From Desulfobulbales bacterium (GTDB taxonomy: Bacteria; Desulfobacterota; Desulfobulbia; Desulfobulbales; Desulfobulbaceae), in assembly GCA_038318785.1 (NCBI GenBank), contig JBBQCO010000003.1, positions 1,761-65,760 on the forward strand: a stretch of DNA of 64,000 nt, in the 5' to 3' direction. The notes under the pieces are model-generated. The model was given only the letters and a program-made list of their open reading frames with translations. It was not told the origin of the DNA and did no database searches. The translations under genes were made by a program, and so were the position numbers. Below, in pieces: positions 9,770 to 20,013 of this stretch (positions are counted from its first letter, which is position 1; each line of letters starts with the position of its first letter).

Positions 9770-10177
9770 ATGACGACTGCAGGGTCATCAGCATTTAATC
9801 CTGAAAAACGCCGGCATACTAGGGTGATATTTACCCGGAGCGTGAAGGTTTTCATTCAAGATAAACCGCAAGGCCAGTTTCCGGCAAGAAACTTGAGTCT
9901 GGGTGGCCTCTTTATTGAGGGTGAGGTCAATTTACCTATTGGCGAAGATTGTCGTTTGGAATTGCATGAAACTGGGCGCCGATCCAGCCTTATTTTGAAT
10001 TTTTGCGGGACAGTTCTCAGAAGGGAAAAGGGCGGTATCGGAGTAAAGTTCACCAACATGGAAGAAGACAGCTTTATGTTTCTCCAGACCATGGTGCTGT
10101 ACTCTTCAGATGATCCTATAGGGGTAGCTGAAAATTTTCTTGAGGATTTTGTCCAGAAGCCTGCATCAACCTGCTAA
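9770..10177 (+). CDS. PilZ-domain (c-di-GMP-binding) protein
   Basis: EKRRHTRV (RxxxR) and NLSLGG (D/NxSxxG) motifs, GIGVKF. Confidence 0.85.
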   Translation: MTTAGSSAFNPEKRRHTRVIFTRSVKVFIQDKPQGQFPARNLSLGGLFIEGEVNLPIGEDCRLELHETGRRSSLILNFCGTVLRREKGGIGVKFTNMEEDSFMFLQTMVLYSSDDPIGVAENFLEDFVQKPASTC

Positions 10178-10300
10178 TTTCATATATAAAAGACAAATAG
10201 GAAGTTCTTGCCCTGATCTCTGTGGTATGAACTTCTTTTTCTTGTTAGAAAACCGGTTCCGATATCCCCCACGCGAACCGGAGAGACAACTGTAGAGTAC

Positions 10301-11119
10301 ATGAATCAAGCTGAAAAAGAACCAACATCGTTCCTCCGCATCGTTGGCGGGATAGGTGACCGGGCGCTCTATATCCTGACCGATCTCGGTCGAATGGGGA
10401 CCTTTTTATTTTTTGCCTTGCTCGGCATGTTTAAACGCCCTTTTCGTTTTAAAGAGTTAATCAAGCAGCTGGGGTTCATCGGTGCGGGTTCAATCACCGT
10501 TATTTTTTTTACGGCCCTGTCCTCGGGCATGGTGCTTGGTCTGCAAGGGTACTATTCCCTCCATAAATTCGGCGCTGAGGGCATGCTGGGATCGGCTGTT
10601 TCCCTGACTCTGATCATGGAGCTCGGTCCGGTGCTGACTGCCCTGATGGTAGCGGGCCGTGCTGGTTCGGCAATGTGTGCCGAAATTGGCATAATGCGGA
10701 TTTCTGAACAAGTCGACGCGCTGGAATGTATGGCCATCGATCCCTTCCGTTACCTCATCTCCCCCAAATTTTTGGCGGCCTTGATCTCAATTCCTCTGCT
10801 GACCGCTGTTTTTGATGTGGTGGGCATCATGGGCGGGTATCTGGCTGGAGTCAAGTTGATGGGGGTCAACGGGGGCTCTTTTTTTGCGGGCATGCAGCAG
10901 AGTGTCACCAACCACGATATCCGTTTAGGCGTGATCAAATCTTTTGTTTTTGCCTTGCTCCTTGTTTGGATTTGCACAGGCCGCGGGTATTTTGTCCAGA
11001 AGATTCGTGGCGCAGGTTTTGGGGCTGAAAGCGTCAGCAAGGTGACGACCCAGGCGGTGGTCTTTTCTTCAATTTCAGTCTTGATTTTCGATTACCTGCT
11101 GACTGCGGTGTTTTTATGA
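10301..11119 (+). CDS. mlaE: Mla ABC permease
   Basis: ELGPVLTALMVAGRAGSA...EQVDALECMAIDP. Confidence 0.93.
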   Translation: MNQAEKEPTSFLRIVGGIGDRALYILTDLGRMGTFLFFALLGMFKRPFRFKELIKQLGFIGAGSITVIFFTALSSGMVLGLQGYYSLHKFGAEGMLGSAVSLTLIMELGPVLTALMVAGRAGSAMCAEIGIMRISEQVDALECMAIDPFRYLISPKFLAALISIPLLTAVFDVVGIMGGYLAGVKLMGVNGGSFFAGMQQSVTNHDIRLGVIKSFVFALLLVWICTGRGYFVQKIRGAGFGAESVSKVTTQAVVFSSISVLIFDYLLTAVFL

Positions 11120-11901
11120 GTGCCGAGAACATTGTGGCCCCCGAGTCTGCCATCCGTTTTGTCGATGTCTGTAAATCCTTTGGTGAGCGGGCGAGGCGGC
11201 ACCTCGTGCTTGATCGGGTTAGTTTTTCAGTGCCCATGGGGAAAACGACGGTCATTGCCGGTGGAAGTGGACAGGGAAAAAGCGTTATCCTCAAGTTGAT
11301 CCTTGGTTTGCTGCGGCCGGAGTCAGGACAGGTACTGGTTGGTGAAAAGAACGTGTCCACAATGGGCTATAAGGCTCTGCAAGAATTAAGGATGCTTTTT
11401 GGCGTTCTTTTTCAGGGTTCTGCTCTGTTTGATTCGTTGACCGTCTTTGAAAATATTGCTCTCCCCCTACGGGAAAGGACAAAATTGACCGAGGGGGAGA
11501 TTCGAAACCGGGTCGCGGCGACGCTGGAGCAACTTGAGCTGACCGGGCATGAGGATAAGTTTCCGGCGCAGCTCAGCGGTGGTATGAAAAAACGAGTCGG
11601 TCTGGCAAGGGCGCTGCAGTTAGAACCGAAGATCGTCTTGTTTGATGAACCTACGACCGGACTCGATCCGGTGATGACCAAGGAGATTTACGAGCTCTTT
11701 GCCCAGACACAGCAAAGACTCGGGTATACGGCGGTGATTGTCAGTCATGATATTCCGCAGATTTTTGCCCTTGCCGATCAAATCATTTTGTTGAATAAAG
11801 GAGAGTTAGATGTGTTCACCGAGGCATCCCAGATCCCTTTTTCAACCAAGCTCAATATTCGCGAATTTGCCCGGCTAGTCATGGGACAGCACACCGTTTA
11901 A
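11116..11901 (+). CDS. mlaF: Mla ABC ATPase
   Basis: GGSGQGKS, LSGGMKKRVGLARA, FDEPTTGLDP. Confidence 0.92.
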   Translation: MSAENIVAPESAIRFVDVCKSFGERARRHLVLDRVSFSVPMGKTTVIAGGSGQGKSVILKLILGLLRPESGQVLVGEKNVSTMGYKALQELRMLFGVLFQGSALFDSLTVFENIALPLRERTKLTEGEIRNRVAATLEQLELTGHEDKFPAQLSGGMKKRVGLARALQLEPKIVLFDEPTTGLDPVMTKEIYELFAQTQQRLGYTAVIVSHDIPQIFALADQIILLNKGELDVFTEASQIPFSTKLNIREFARLVMGQHTV

Positions 11902-11919
11902 GGGACAAGGAGAATTGCT

Positions 11920-12372
11920 ATGGGAAATTCCCGGGTGGAAATATTTGTCGGTTTTTTCCTGATTGTCGGTTTTTTGGCACTCAGCTGGCTGGCGCTGCAG
12001 CTCGGAGAGGTTCCATGGTTGACCGGCTCGAAAACCTACGCCATCAATGCGGCGTTCAATAACATTTCCGGGGTCAAGGCTGGGGCTGATGTCCAGATAG
12101 CTGGAGTCACTGTCGGCAAGGTCCGGCAGCTTGATTTGAGTGAGGATAATCAAGCCATGGTTGGTATGCAGATCAATCGTGAGGTGGCTGTTCCGGTTGA
12201 TTCAATAGCCTCGGTTAAATCCCAGGGGATTATTGGCGACAAGTACATCCAGATAACCCTTGGGGGGGATGAATCTCTCTATAAGCCTGGAGAAACCATC
12301 GTCGATACCGAATCGGCCGTTGACCTGGAATCCCTTATCTCCAAATTTGCCTTTGGCCAGGTAAATAAATGA
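11920..12372 (+). CDS. mlaD: MCE-domain protein
   Basis: N-terminal TM, GADVQIAGVTVG, SQGIIGDKYI. Confidence 0.92.
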   Translation: MGNSRVEIFVGFFLIVGFLALSWLALQLGEVPWLTGSKTYAINAAFNNISGVKAGADVQIAGVTVGKVRQLDLSEDNQAMVGMQINREVAVPVDSIASVKSQGIIGDKYIQITLGGDESLYKPGETIVDTESAVDLESLISKFAFGQVNK

Positions 12373-13145
12373 AATTGGTGGAATGTATGCGTTGGAAAAA
12401 TTTTCGTCTGATACCGCACAGACTTTTAGTCGGTTGGGCGGTCATGTTTCTTTGTTGGGCTTCCTTTGCCCAAGCGGCTGATTTTCTCAGTGATGAGAGT
12501 TATGAGGACCAGGCGGAGAGTCTTCGGGTAGCCGATCCCATCGAGCCGTTTAATCGGGCGGTTTTCACCTTGAACGACAAGGTCTACATCTGGGTGCTTG
12601 AGCCGGTGGCCACTGGGTACAGCAAGGTGTTACCCGCCGATATCCGGAGCTGTATCGGCAACTTTTTTTACAATCTTGGCGAACCGGTCCGTTCAGTGAA
12701 CTGCCTCTTGCAGGGGAGGGTGCGTGACAGCGGTTTGGTCCTTGGCCGTTTTGTCATCAACAGTATCGGCGGCGTCTTCGGTTTGGCGGACCCAGCCTCA
12801 AACGAATTCAAAATAGCGCCTATCTATGCCAACCTTGGAGAAACATTGGCGGTTTGGGGTTTAGGAGACGGTTTTTACCTGGTTGTTCCACTTATAGGAT
12901 CTTCGACTCTACGTGATTTTACCGGAACCGTGGTTGACGGAATGGCCACGGCGACCTATTCTCCGTGGAATGATGACGTCCTGACCTCAGCGACAGTTCA
13001 AGGGACCAATACGGTTAACCGGACCTCTCTCCGTCTCGGTGACTATGAAGAGCTTAAATCGTTGAGTTTTGATCCCTATGTAGCCTTTCGCAACGGCTAT
13101 TTTCAGATGCGAAGCAAACAGCGCAATCATTCCCAAAACCAATAA
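12369..13145 (+). CDS. mlaA: MlaA/VacJ-family protein
   Basis: DPIEPFNR, NLGEP, GETLAVWG.GDGFYLVVP, DPY. Confidence 0.9.
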   Translation: MKLVECMRWKNFRLIPHRLLVGWAVMFLCWASFAQAADFLSDESYEDQAESLRVADPIEPFNRAVFTLNDKVYIWVLEPVATGYSKVLPADIRSCIGNFFYNLGEPVRSVNCLLQGRVRDSGLVLGRFVINSIGGVFGLADPASNEFKIAPIYANLGETLAVWGLGDGFYLVVPLIGSSTLRDFTGTVVDGMATATYSPWNDDVLTSATVQGTNTVNRTSLRLGDYEELKSLSFDPYVAFRNGYFQMRSKQRNHSQNQ

Positions 13146-13184
13146 TAGCGAAAAATCCGGAGCTTTCCGGACGCATGGTGTTTT

Positions 13185-13820
13185 ATGCAACCTAAGAATT
13201 TGACGTTATCTTTCATTGTTTCTGTTCTTTTCGTTTTAATAACATTGTTTTTCACGCAGCCGGCGATTTCTGCAGCACCCGATCCCACCGAACAGTTTCG
13301 TCCCTTTCTTAAAAAGATGACCGAGACTCTTGCAGATCCAGGACTGAAGGCTATTCCTAAAAACGAACAAAGCCAGCGTATTATTGGTATCGTCCGTGAA
13401 CATTTTGATTTTCGCGAGATGAGCAAACGGGTTATCGGTCAGCAGTGGCGAAATCTCTCCGAGAAGGAGCAAGGAGAATTTGAACAGCTGTTTACCCAAT
13501 TGTTGCAATATGCTTACGTCGAAAAAATCGACGAATATTCGGGGCAACAAGTGCAATTCACCCAGCAACGGATCAAGGGAGAACGAGCGGAAGTCCAGAC
13601 TTTGCTGGTGGATAAGAACAAGTCAATTCCGGTTTTCTATATTATGCTGCTCCGAGGCGATCAGTGGATGGCTTATGATGTGGTCGTGGAAGGAGTGAGT
13701 CTTGTTCGTAATTATATGGAACAGTTCAGTGAAATCTTGCGGAAGGATGGGTATTCCGGTCTGGTCAAACAGATTGAGCAAAAAATTGCTGAATTGGAAA
13801 AAGGCATAAAAAAGACCTGA
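13185..13820 (+). CDS. mlaC: Periplasmic phospholipid shuttle
   Basis: Signal peptide, FDFREMSKRVIG, W.AYDVVVEGVSLVRNY. Confidence 0.9.
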   Translation: MQPKNLTLSFIVSVLFVLITLFFTQPAISAAPDPTEQFRPFLKKMTETLADPGLKAIPKNEQSQRIIGIVREHFDFREMSKRVIGQQWRNLSEKEQGEFEQLFTQLLQYAYVEKIDEYSGQQVQFTQQRIKGERAEVQTLLVDKNKSIPVFYIMLLRGDQWMAYDVVVEGVSLVRNYMEQFSEILRKDGYSGLVKQIEQKIAELEKGIKKT

Positions 13821-13953
13821 GTTGTTGCCTGCGTTCTAGTTTCTTCACCCGGAGCACTCTTTACCAAGAGCCATTTTTTTGCGCCTGTTGCGTTGTTGGC
13901 ATTCAGGTTGCGAGGATTGGTTATCCCTAATTGCCCCTTGTTTTTCTTTTTAC

Positions 13954-13982
13954 TTGGCGAAGATAGTTTTTTTTTGTATAAT
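13954..13982 (+). promoter_or_regulatory. Sigma-70 promoter of the yceD-rpmF-plsX-fab operon
   Basis: TTGGCG-17bp-TATAAT. Confidence 0.6.
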
Positions 13983-14032
13983 TTCCCGTTTTACACGGAA
14001 GTGTAGGCTGGGTTTTTTAAGGTGCGCCCGTA

Positions 14033-14548
14033 ATGCTTATTCGGTTCAATGAAGTCTCTGCTCTTGGCAGTCGGTACGAGATTCGGGAGGTTGACGGGCT
14101 CAACGCTTCACGAGATTTTGTGGTGAAAGGTCCTGTGGATGCGCGTTGCGCGCTCAATCGAAAGGGCGACCACAAGGTGGAAGTGCAAGGCCATTTACAG
14201 GCCACCTTGACTCTGACTTGTGATCGTTGTCTTTCTGTGTATGACTGGGAGGTCGATACCGAATTGCAGATCCTGTTCGAGGTCGAAACCGAGGCTTCCC
14301 GGCATTTAAAAGATTTGGAGTACAACATACCGGATCTGGATACGGTCTCCCTTGAGGAGCCGATCATCGATCTTGACGATGTTTTACGGCAGCAGTTATA
14401 CTTAGCGCTTCCCATGAAATCCCTCTGCACAGAACACTGCCGAGGAATCTGTTCCCGGTGCGGAGCAAATCTAAATCATGCAGAATGCGGATGTGCCGAC
14501 GAAAACAAGGAGTCGCCTTTCGCGGTCCTTGCCCAATTGAAAAAATAA
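14033..14548 (+). CDS. yceD: YceD/DUF177 protein
   Basis: CDRCL, LALPMKSLC...CRGICSRCGANLN, SPFAVL; upstream of rpmF. Confidence 0.9.
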   Translation: MLIRFNEVSALGSRYEIREVDGLNASRDFVVKGPVDARCALNRKGDHKVEVQGHLQATLTLTCDRCLSVYDWEVDTELQILFEVETEASRHLKDLEYNIPDLDTVSLEEPIIDLDDVLRQQLYLALPMKSLCTEHCRGICSRCGANLNHAECGCADENKESPFAVLAQLKK

Positions 14549-14621
14549 GCAATATTATCCGATGAGCGTTTGGTTTTACGAGTTGAAACCGGGTGGCAAT
14601 ACGGATTAATGGAGGAGCACA

Positions 14622-14810
14622 ATGGCTTTACCGAAACGTAGACATTCCTATTCACGGACAAGACTCCGTCGGGCACACGATTTCTTGACCAAGCCGAACG
14701 TCGGCCAGTGTCCTGAATGTGGTGAACCGAAAATGCCCCACCAGTTGTGCAGCGGCTGCGGTATGTATAAAGGCCGGAGTGTTATCCGTCTTGAGGAAGA
14801 ACTGAACTAG
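14622..14810 (+). CDS. rpmF: 50S ribosomal protein L32
   Basis: MALPKRRHS, CPEC...PHQLC..CG.Y. Confidence 0.97.
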   Translation: MALPKRRHSYSRTRLRRAHDFLTKPNVGQCPECGEPKMPHQLCSGCGMYKGRSVIRLEEELN

Positions 14811-14818
14811 GCACTGTT

Positions 14819-15829
14819 GTGAGGATAGCCCTTGACGCCATGGGTGGCGACGGGGGGTCAGAGATGGCGATCCGAGGCGCTCTTGCCGCGGTTCGAGACC
14901 GGAGTGATCTGCGTGTCATCTTGGTGGGCCCTCGTATTCTTTTAGAACAACAAATCGCTGACAATTCGTCTGGTTACGACAATGTGTTGGAGCGAATTAG
15001 CGTTCATCACGCCTCCGAAGTCATCACCATGGACGATTCGCCGGTAGATGCTGTCCGCAAAAAGAAAGAAGCCACCATCATGGTTGGCTTTGATTTGGTG
15101 AAAAACGGTGAAGCAGATGCGGTGGTTTCAGCCGGCAACTCCGGCGCCACCATGGCTGCGGCGATCAGGAAACTCGGCAGACTGCCGGGTGTTTCCCGTC
15201 CGGGCCTCGCTAGTTTTTTCCCAACGGTGAAAAAGCCGGTGATGTTGATGGATATCGGGGCCAATGTCGATTGTCGGCCACAGCATCTCTACCAGTTTGC
15301 GGTCATGGCTTCTTCCTGTTCCCGTCTGCTGCTCAACTATGACCGTCCCCGCATCGGTTTGCTCAGTATAGGCGAAGAGACTGGTAAGGGAAACGCACTG
15401 GTTAAGGAAACCTATGATCTTCTGAAGCAGAGTCCGCTCAATTTCATCGGTAATGTTGAAGGGCGTGATGTGTATAAGGGAGATGTAGACGTCATTGTTT
15501 GCGACGGCTTTGTCGGCAACATTTCCTTGAAAATAAGCGAAGGGCTGGCCGAAGCAGCCATGCAGATGCTCAAACGGGAGATCCTGAAAACCTGGCGCGC
15601 CAAACTCGGTTATCTCCTTATGCGCGACGCCGTAGCCGGATTTAAAAAACAGGTGGATTACGCCGAATACGGCGGTGCCCCCTTGCTGGGTATCGACGGT
15701 ACCGGTATCATTTGCCACGGCGCCTCTAACGCCGTTGCTATTCGTAATGCCATTGAAGTTGCAGCGAACATGGTGCGCAACCGGATCAATGAGGCAATAG
15801 TTCAGGCGCTTGGCGAAAACGCCGCCTGA
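14819..15829 (+). CDS. plsX: Phosphate acyltransferase
   Basis: IALDAMGGD, SAGNSGA, DGFVGN, GGAPLLG. Confidence 0.96.
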   Translation: MRIALDAMGGDGGSEMAIRGALAAVRDRSDLRVILVGPRILLEQQIADNSSGYDNVLERISVHHASEVITMDDSPVDAVRKKKEATIMVGFDLVKNGEADAVVSAGNSGATMAAAIRKLGRLPGVSRPGLASFFPTVKKPVMLMDIGANVDCRPQHLYQFAVMASSCSRLLLNYDRPRIGLLSIGEETGKGNALVKETYDLLKQSPLNFIGNVEGRDVYKGDVDVIVCDGFVGNISLKISEGLAEAAMQMLKREILKTWRAKLGYLLMRDAVAGFKKQVDYAEYGGAPLLGIDGTGIICHGASNAVAIRNAIEVAANMVRNRINEAIVQALGENAA

Positions 15830-15843
15830 AAACAGGTTTCTTC

Positions 15844-16821
15844 ATGACAAAAGCTGTTATTCTCGGAACCGGATCCTGTCTTCCGGAGCGAATACTTACC
15901 AATGCCGATCTTGAGCAGATGGTCGAAACCTCTGACGAATGGATCACCTCAAGGACCGGAATCCGCAACCGGCGGATCGCCGGCAAGAATGAACAAAATT
16001 ACCAATTGGCGACCAGGGCCGCTCGTCGAGCCCTTGCGGTCACAGGCGTTGATGCCGAAGAGCTGGATCTGATCATTGTCGCCACTATTTCGTCCCACAT
16101 GATCATGCCGTCCACGGCATGTTTTGTGCAAGCCGAGCTCGGTGCGGTGAATGCCTTTGCCTATGATATCAATGCTGCTTGTGCTGGATTCACTTACGGA
16201 CTGGATCTAGCCAGTAACTATATCCAAAACCGCCCGGACATGAAAATTCTGCTGATCGGTGCGGAAACACTCTCTGCGCGAGTCAACTGGGAAGACCGGA
16301 ACACCTGCGTGCTGTTTGGCGATGGTGCGGGCGCGGTTATTCTTACGGGCTCTAATGACGGTAGAGGCGTCTTTGGCAGTAGCCTGCACGCCGATGGAAA
16401 ACTGTGGAATTTGCTGTGTATGGACAGTCCGGAAAGCCTGAACCCGGAATTGCGGCGAGACGACTGGCAGGGCGCTCACATCCGGATGAATGGTGTTGAT
16501 ATCTTCAAACATGCTGTTCGGTTGATGGAAGACGCTGTTACCAGCCTGCTCAGGAAACATGACCTCACTATTGACGATATTGGCCTGATGATTCCTCATC
16601 AGGCCAATATTCGCATCCTCAAAAATCTGAAAGAAAGACTGGGATTGCCCGAGGATAAAATTTTTATCAATCTCAGTCAATATGGCAATACTTCTGCAGC
16701 CAGTATTCCGATAGCCTTAGACGAAGCGCATCGGCTGGGACGGTTGGTGCGGGGAGATATTGTGCTTTTATGTACCTTTGGCGGCGGCCTCACCTGGGGC
16801 TCTCTGCTTATGCGTTGGTAA
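15844..16821 (+). CDS. fabH: 3-oxoacyl-ACP synthase III
   Basis: AACAGF, PHQAN, GNTSAAS catalytic triad motifs. Confidence 0.96.
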   Translation: MTKAVILGTGSCLPERILTNADLEQMVETSDEWITSRTGIRNRRIAGKNEQNYQLATRAARRALAVTGVDAEELDLIIVATISSHMIMPSTACFVQAELGAVNAFAYDINAACAGFTYGLDLASNYIQNRPDMKILLIGAETLSARVNWEDRNTCVLFGDGAGAVILTGSNDGRGVFGSSLHADGKLWNLLCMDSPESLNPELRRDDWQGAHIRMNGVDIFKHAVRLMEDAVTSLLRKHDLTIDDIGLMIPHQANIRILKNLKERLGLPEDKIFINLSQYGNTSAASIPIALDEAHRLGRLVRGDIVLLCTFGGGLTWGSLLMRW

Positions 16822-16840
16822 GACACTAAGGAGTGTATTT

Positions 16841-17989
16841 GTGGATTATTTTTTCACTGAACAGCAACAGATGATCATCGATACCGCCCGGGAAATCACC
16901 AATGAAAAGATTATTCCGGTACGGGCGGAACTTGATGAGAAAAACCAATTCCCTCGGGAAATCCTGCATGACATCGCCAAGGCCGATCTTTTTAGTGTGT
17001 TTGTTCCCGAAGAATACGGTGGATTTGGCGGTGGCTGCTTCGAAGTTGTCTTGGCCCTGGAAGAATTGGCCCGTGGATGCGTCGGCGTGGCCACCAGTTT
17101 TGCCGCCAGCGCCTTGGGTATTTTTCCGGTAATGATAGCCGGCAGCGAGGCGCAGAAACAAAAATACCTACCCGACATCGCCAGTGGTGCGCGTTGGGCC
17201 GCCTTTGGTCTTACCGAGTCCAACGCGGGGAGCGATGCTTCGGGCATACGGACCACCGCTGTCGAAGATGGTGAAGAATGGGTGCTCAATGGCACCAAAC
17301 AATGGATCACCAACGGCGGCGAATCTCAGATTTACACAATCATTGCTCTCACCGATCCCAACAAAGGGGCGCGTGGGGCCTCCATTTTTGTAGTTGAGGA
17401 GGGCGATCCCGGTTTTTCTTACGGCAAAAAAGAAGATAAAATGGGTATCCGCTCCTCTGCAACCCGGGAACTGATTCTCAAGGATTGCCGGATACCTAAA
17501 GATCGGCTGGTCGGCAGAAAAGGTACTGGTTTTATCACTGTGATGAAAACCTTGGATATGTCGCGTCCAGGTATTGCCTCCCTCGGTATCGGTCTTGCCC
17601 AAGCTGCTTTGGACGAGGCAGTTGTCTACGCTAAACAGCGAGTCCAATTCGGCAAGCCGATTATTTCTTTCCAGGCCGTGCAGCACATCCTGGCTGATAT
17701 GGCCATACAACTTGAAGCCGGTCGAGCTTTGGTTTATGGCGCGGCAAAGCACATTGATGCGCACCCTAAGGACATGTCCAAGGTTTCGTCAATGTGTAAG
17801 GTTTTTGCTACCGATATGGCCATGAAGGTTACCACCGATGCAGTGCAGGTCCTAGGCGGTTACGGGTACATGAAAGAGTATCCGGTGGAGAAGATGATGC
17901 GTGACGCCAAGATTCTCCAGATTTACGAAGGCACCAACCAGATCCAGCGCAATGTCATTGGCCAGGAACTGAACAAAGAATACTCCTGA
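16841..17989 (+). CDS. Acyl-CoA dehydrogenase (butyryl/caffeyl-CoA reductase type)
   Basis: AAGGAG RBS + GTG at 16841; FGLTESNAGSD, KQWITNG, RVQFGKPI, QIYEGTNQIQR. Confidence 0.93.
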   Translation: MDYFFTEQQQMIIDTAREITNEKIIPVRAELDEKNQFPREILHDIAKADLFSVFVPEEYGGFGGGCFEVVLALEELARGCVGVATSFAASALGIFPVMIAGSEAQKQKYLPDIASGARWAAFGLTESNAGSDASGIRTTAVEDGEEWVLNGTKQWITNGGESQIYTIIALTDPNKGARGASIFVVEEGDPGFSYGKKEDKMGIRSSATRELILKDCRIPKDRLVGRKGTGFITVMKTLDMSRPGIASLGIGLAQAALDEAVVYAKQRVQFGKPIISFQAVQHILADMAIQLEAGRALVYGAAKHIDAHPKDMSKVSSMCKVFATDMAMKVTTDAVQVLGGYGYMKEYPVEKMMRDAKILQIYEGTNQIQRNVIGQELNKEYS

Positions 17990-18003
17990 GAGATTCACGG
18001 GTC

Positions 18004-18783
18004 ATGAAGATTATTGTCTGCGTCAAACAGGTCCCGGACGCCAAGGATGTCCGGCTTGATCCCAAAACCAATACCTTGGCGCGTGAAGGGGTGGATGCGA
18101 TCATGAACCCCTATGATCGCCATGCCCTGGAAGAAGCGGTCGCCATCAAGGAAAAGCAGGGCGGCACGGTAACAGTGATTACCATGGGACCGCCGCAGGC
18201 CGAGACGGTGCTCCGCGAGGCCATTGCCTGTGGAGCCGATGATGGGGTGTTGATTTCTGATCGAGCCTTTGCCGGGGCTGATACCTGGGCTACTGCTTAT
18301 ACCCTGGCTAAGGCTGTGCAAACGCTCGGCGGCGCCGACCTCATTCTCTGCGGCAAGCAGGCAATCGATGGTGATACTGCCCAAGTCGGTCCTGGGTTAG
18401 CTTGCCGTTTACAGGTGCCGTACGCCACCTGCGTCCAGAAAACACGCAACGTAACCGCTACTACTATTGAAGTGGAGCGGATGATGGACGACGGTTTTGA
18501 TGTTCTCCGATTGCCTCTACCTGCTTTGATTACGGTGGTCAAAGATATCAACGAGCCCCGGGTCGCGTCGTTAAAAGGTAAGATGAAGGCAAAAAAAGCA
18601 GCAATTCGACAACTCTCCGCCGCTGCTATTGGTGCTGATCCGCAGTGCATCGGATTAGCCGGATCGCCGACGCAAGTCGTGCGTGTCTTTCCCCCGGAAC
18701 CTCGGGGAAACCGGAAAATATTCTCGGGAAGCGTCGAGGAGCAGGTCGAGCAGCTGGTTGCCTGTCTCAAGGCACATCTCTAG
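18004..18783 (+). CDS. etfB: Electron transfer flavoprotein beta subunit
   Basis: CVKQVPD, NPYD, AGADT, GKQAIDGDTAQVGP. Confidence 0.95.
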   Translation: MKIIVCVKQVPDAKDVRLDPKTNTLAREGVDAIMNPYDRHALEEAVAIKEKQGGTVTVITMGPPQAETVLREAIACGADDGVLISDRAFAGADTWATAYTLAKAVQTLGGADLILCGKQAIDGDTAQVGPGLACRLQVPYATCVQKTRNVTATTIEVERMMDDGFDVLRLPLPALITVVKDINEPRVASLKGKMKAKKAAIRQLSAAAIGADPQCIGLAGSPTQVVRVFPPEPRGNRKIFSGSVEEQVEQLVACLKAHL

Positions 18784-18822
18784 GCAAAGAAGAGCTTCAC
18801 CTTTACAATCGAGTTTTTTTCT

Positions 18823-20013
18823 ATGCTGATTATCGATAGTGAGAAATGTACGGCCTGCGGCATCTGCGAGACCAGTTGCGCCTTCGGGGCCATCAGCGTC
18901 GTGGCGGATTGTGCGGTGGTCACCGAATCCTGCACACTCTGCGGTGCTTGTGTTGACCATTGTCCGGTCGGCGCCCTTCGTATTGAAATTGCCGATAAAC
19001 GTACACAGGCCGACATCGGTGAGTATGTGGGGATTATGGTGTTTGCAGAGTATCGCCACGGTAAGGTCGCGCCCGTGAGTTATGAGTTGTTGGGCATCGG
19101 CCGCAAACTTGCTGATAAGCGCGGTGTCAAACTCAGCGTGGTGTTACCCGGTGGTGCAGTGGCCGCCTATGCGGGCGACCTCATTGCTGCCGGCGCCGAT
19201 ACCGTTTTCCTTGCCGAACACCCGGTGCTGGAGCAGTTTCGCGAGGACGTGTATGCCAGGGTCTTGGAGCAGGTGATCCGGGAGCAGAAGCCCGAGGTGG
19301 TTCTTGCCGGGGCAACCGCCATCGGCCGGTCGGTCATTCCTTTTGTAGCCACCGCCATCGACGCTGGTTTGACCGCTGATTGCACTCACCTGGAAATCAG
19401 GGAAGAGGACGGCATGTTGCTGCAGACGCGACCCGCCTTTGGCGGCAATATCATGGCGACCATCGAATGCCCGCACACCCGGCCACAGATGGCCACTGTC
19501 CGACCAAAGGTTATGGCACCTGCTGAACCCGATCCTTCCCGCAAAGGTGAAGTTATTTCGGTGCAGCTGCCGCAACATCTTGTGCAGTCCAAGATTGAAG
19601 TGCTTGAAACAGTGATCAACACCGAAGATCAAGTCAATATTCAGGAAGTGGAAACCCTGGTCGCAGGTGGCCGTGGCCTTGATTCGCCCAAGGGGTTTGC
19701 GTTGATCCGGGAACTGGCCTCTGAACTCGGTGGTGCGGTGGCCGCATCACGGGCCGCCGTCGATTCCGGTTGGATTCCCTATCCGCATCAGGTCGGCCAG
19801 ACGGGCAAGACAGTTAGCCCCAAGCTCTACATAGCCTGCGGAATATCCGGCGCCGTGCAACATGCAGTGGGCATGCAGTCCGCTGAAATTGTGGTCGCCA
19901 TTAATCGTGACAAGAGTGCGCCTATTTTTGATATCGCCACCTATGGCGTGGTTGGAGATCTGTATGAGGTGGTGCCTCAGTTGATTAAACGGCTTCAGGA
20001 GATCAAAAAATGA
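18823..20013 (+). CDS. etfA: Electron transfer flavoprotein alpha subunit with N-terminal 2x[4Fe-4S] domain
   Basis: CTACGICETSC and CTLCGACVDHC; GLTADCT, RPAFGGN, QVGQTG, GISGAVQH. Confidence 0.95.
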   Translation: MLIIDSEKCTACGICETSCAFGAISVVADCAVVTESCTLCGACVDHCPVGALRIEIADKRTQADIGEYVGIMVFAEYRHGKVAPVSYELLGIGRKLADKRGVKLSVVLPGGAVAAYAGDLIAAGADTVFLAEHPVLEQFREDVYARVLEQVIREQKPEVVLAGATAIGRSVIPFVATAIDAGLTADCTHLEIREEDGMLLQTRPAFGGNIMATIECPHTRPQMATVRPKVMAPAEPDPSRKGEVISVQLPQHLVQSKIEVLETVINTEDQVNIQEVETLVAGGRGLDSPKGFALIRELASELGGAVAASRAAVDSGWIPYPHQVGQTGKTVSPKLYIACGISGAVQHAVGMQSAEIVVAINRDKSAPIFDIATYGVVGDLYEVVPQLIKRLQEIKK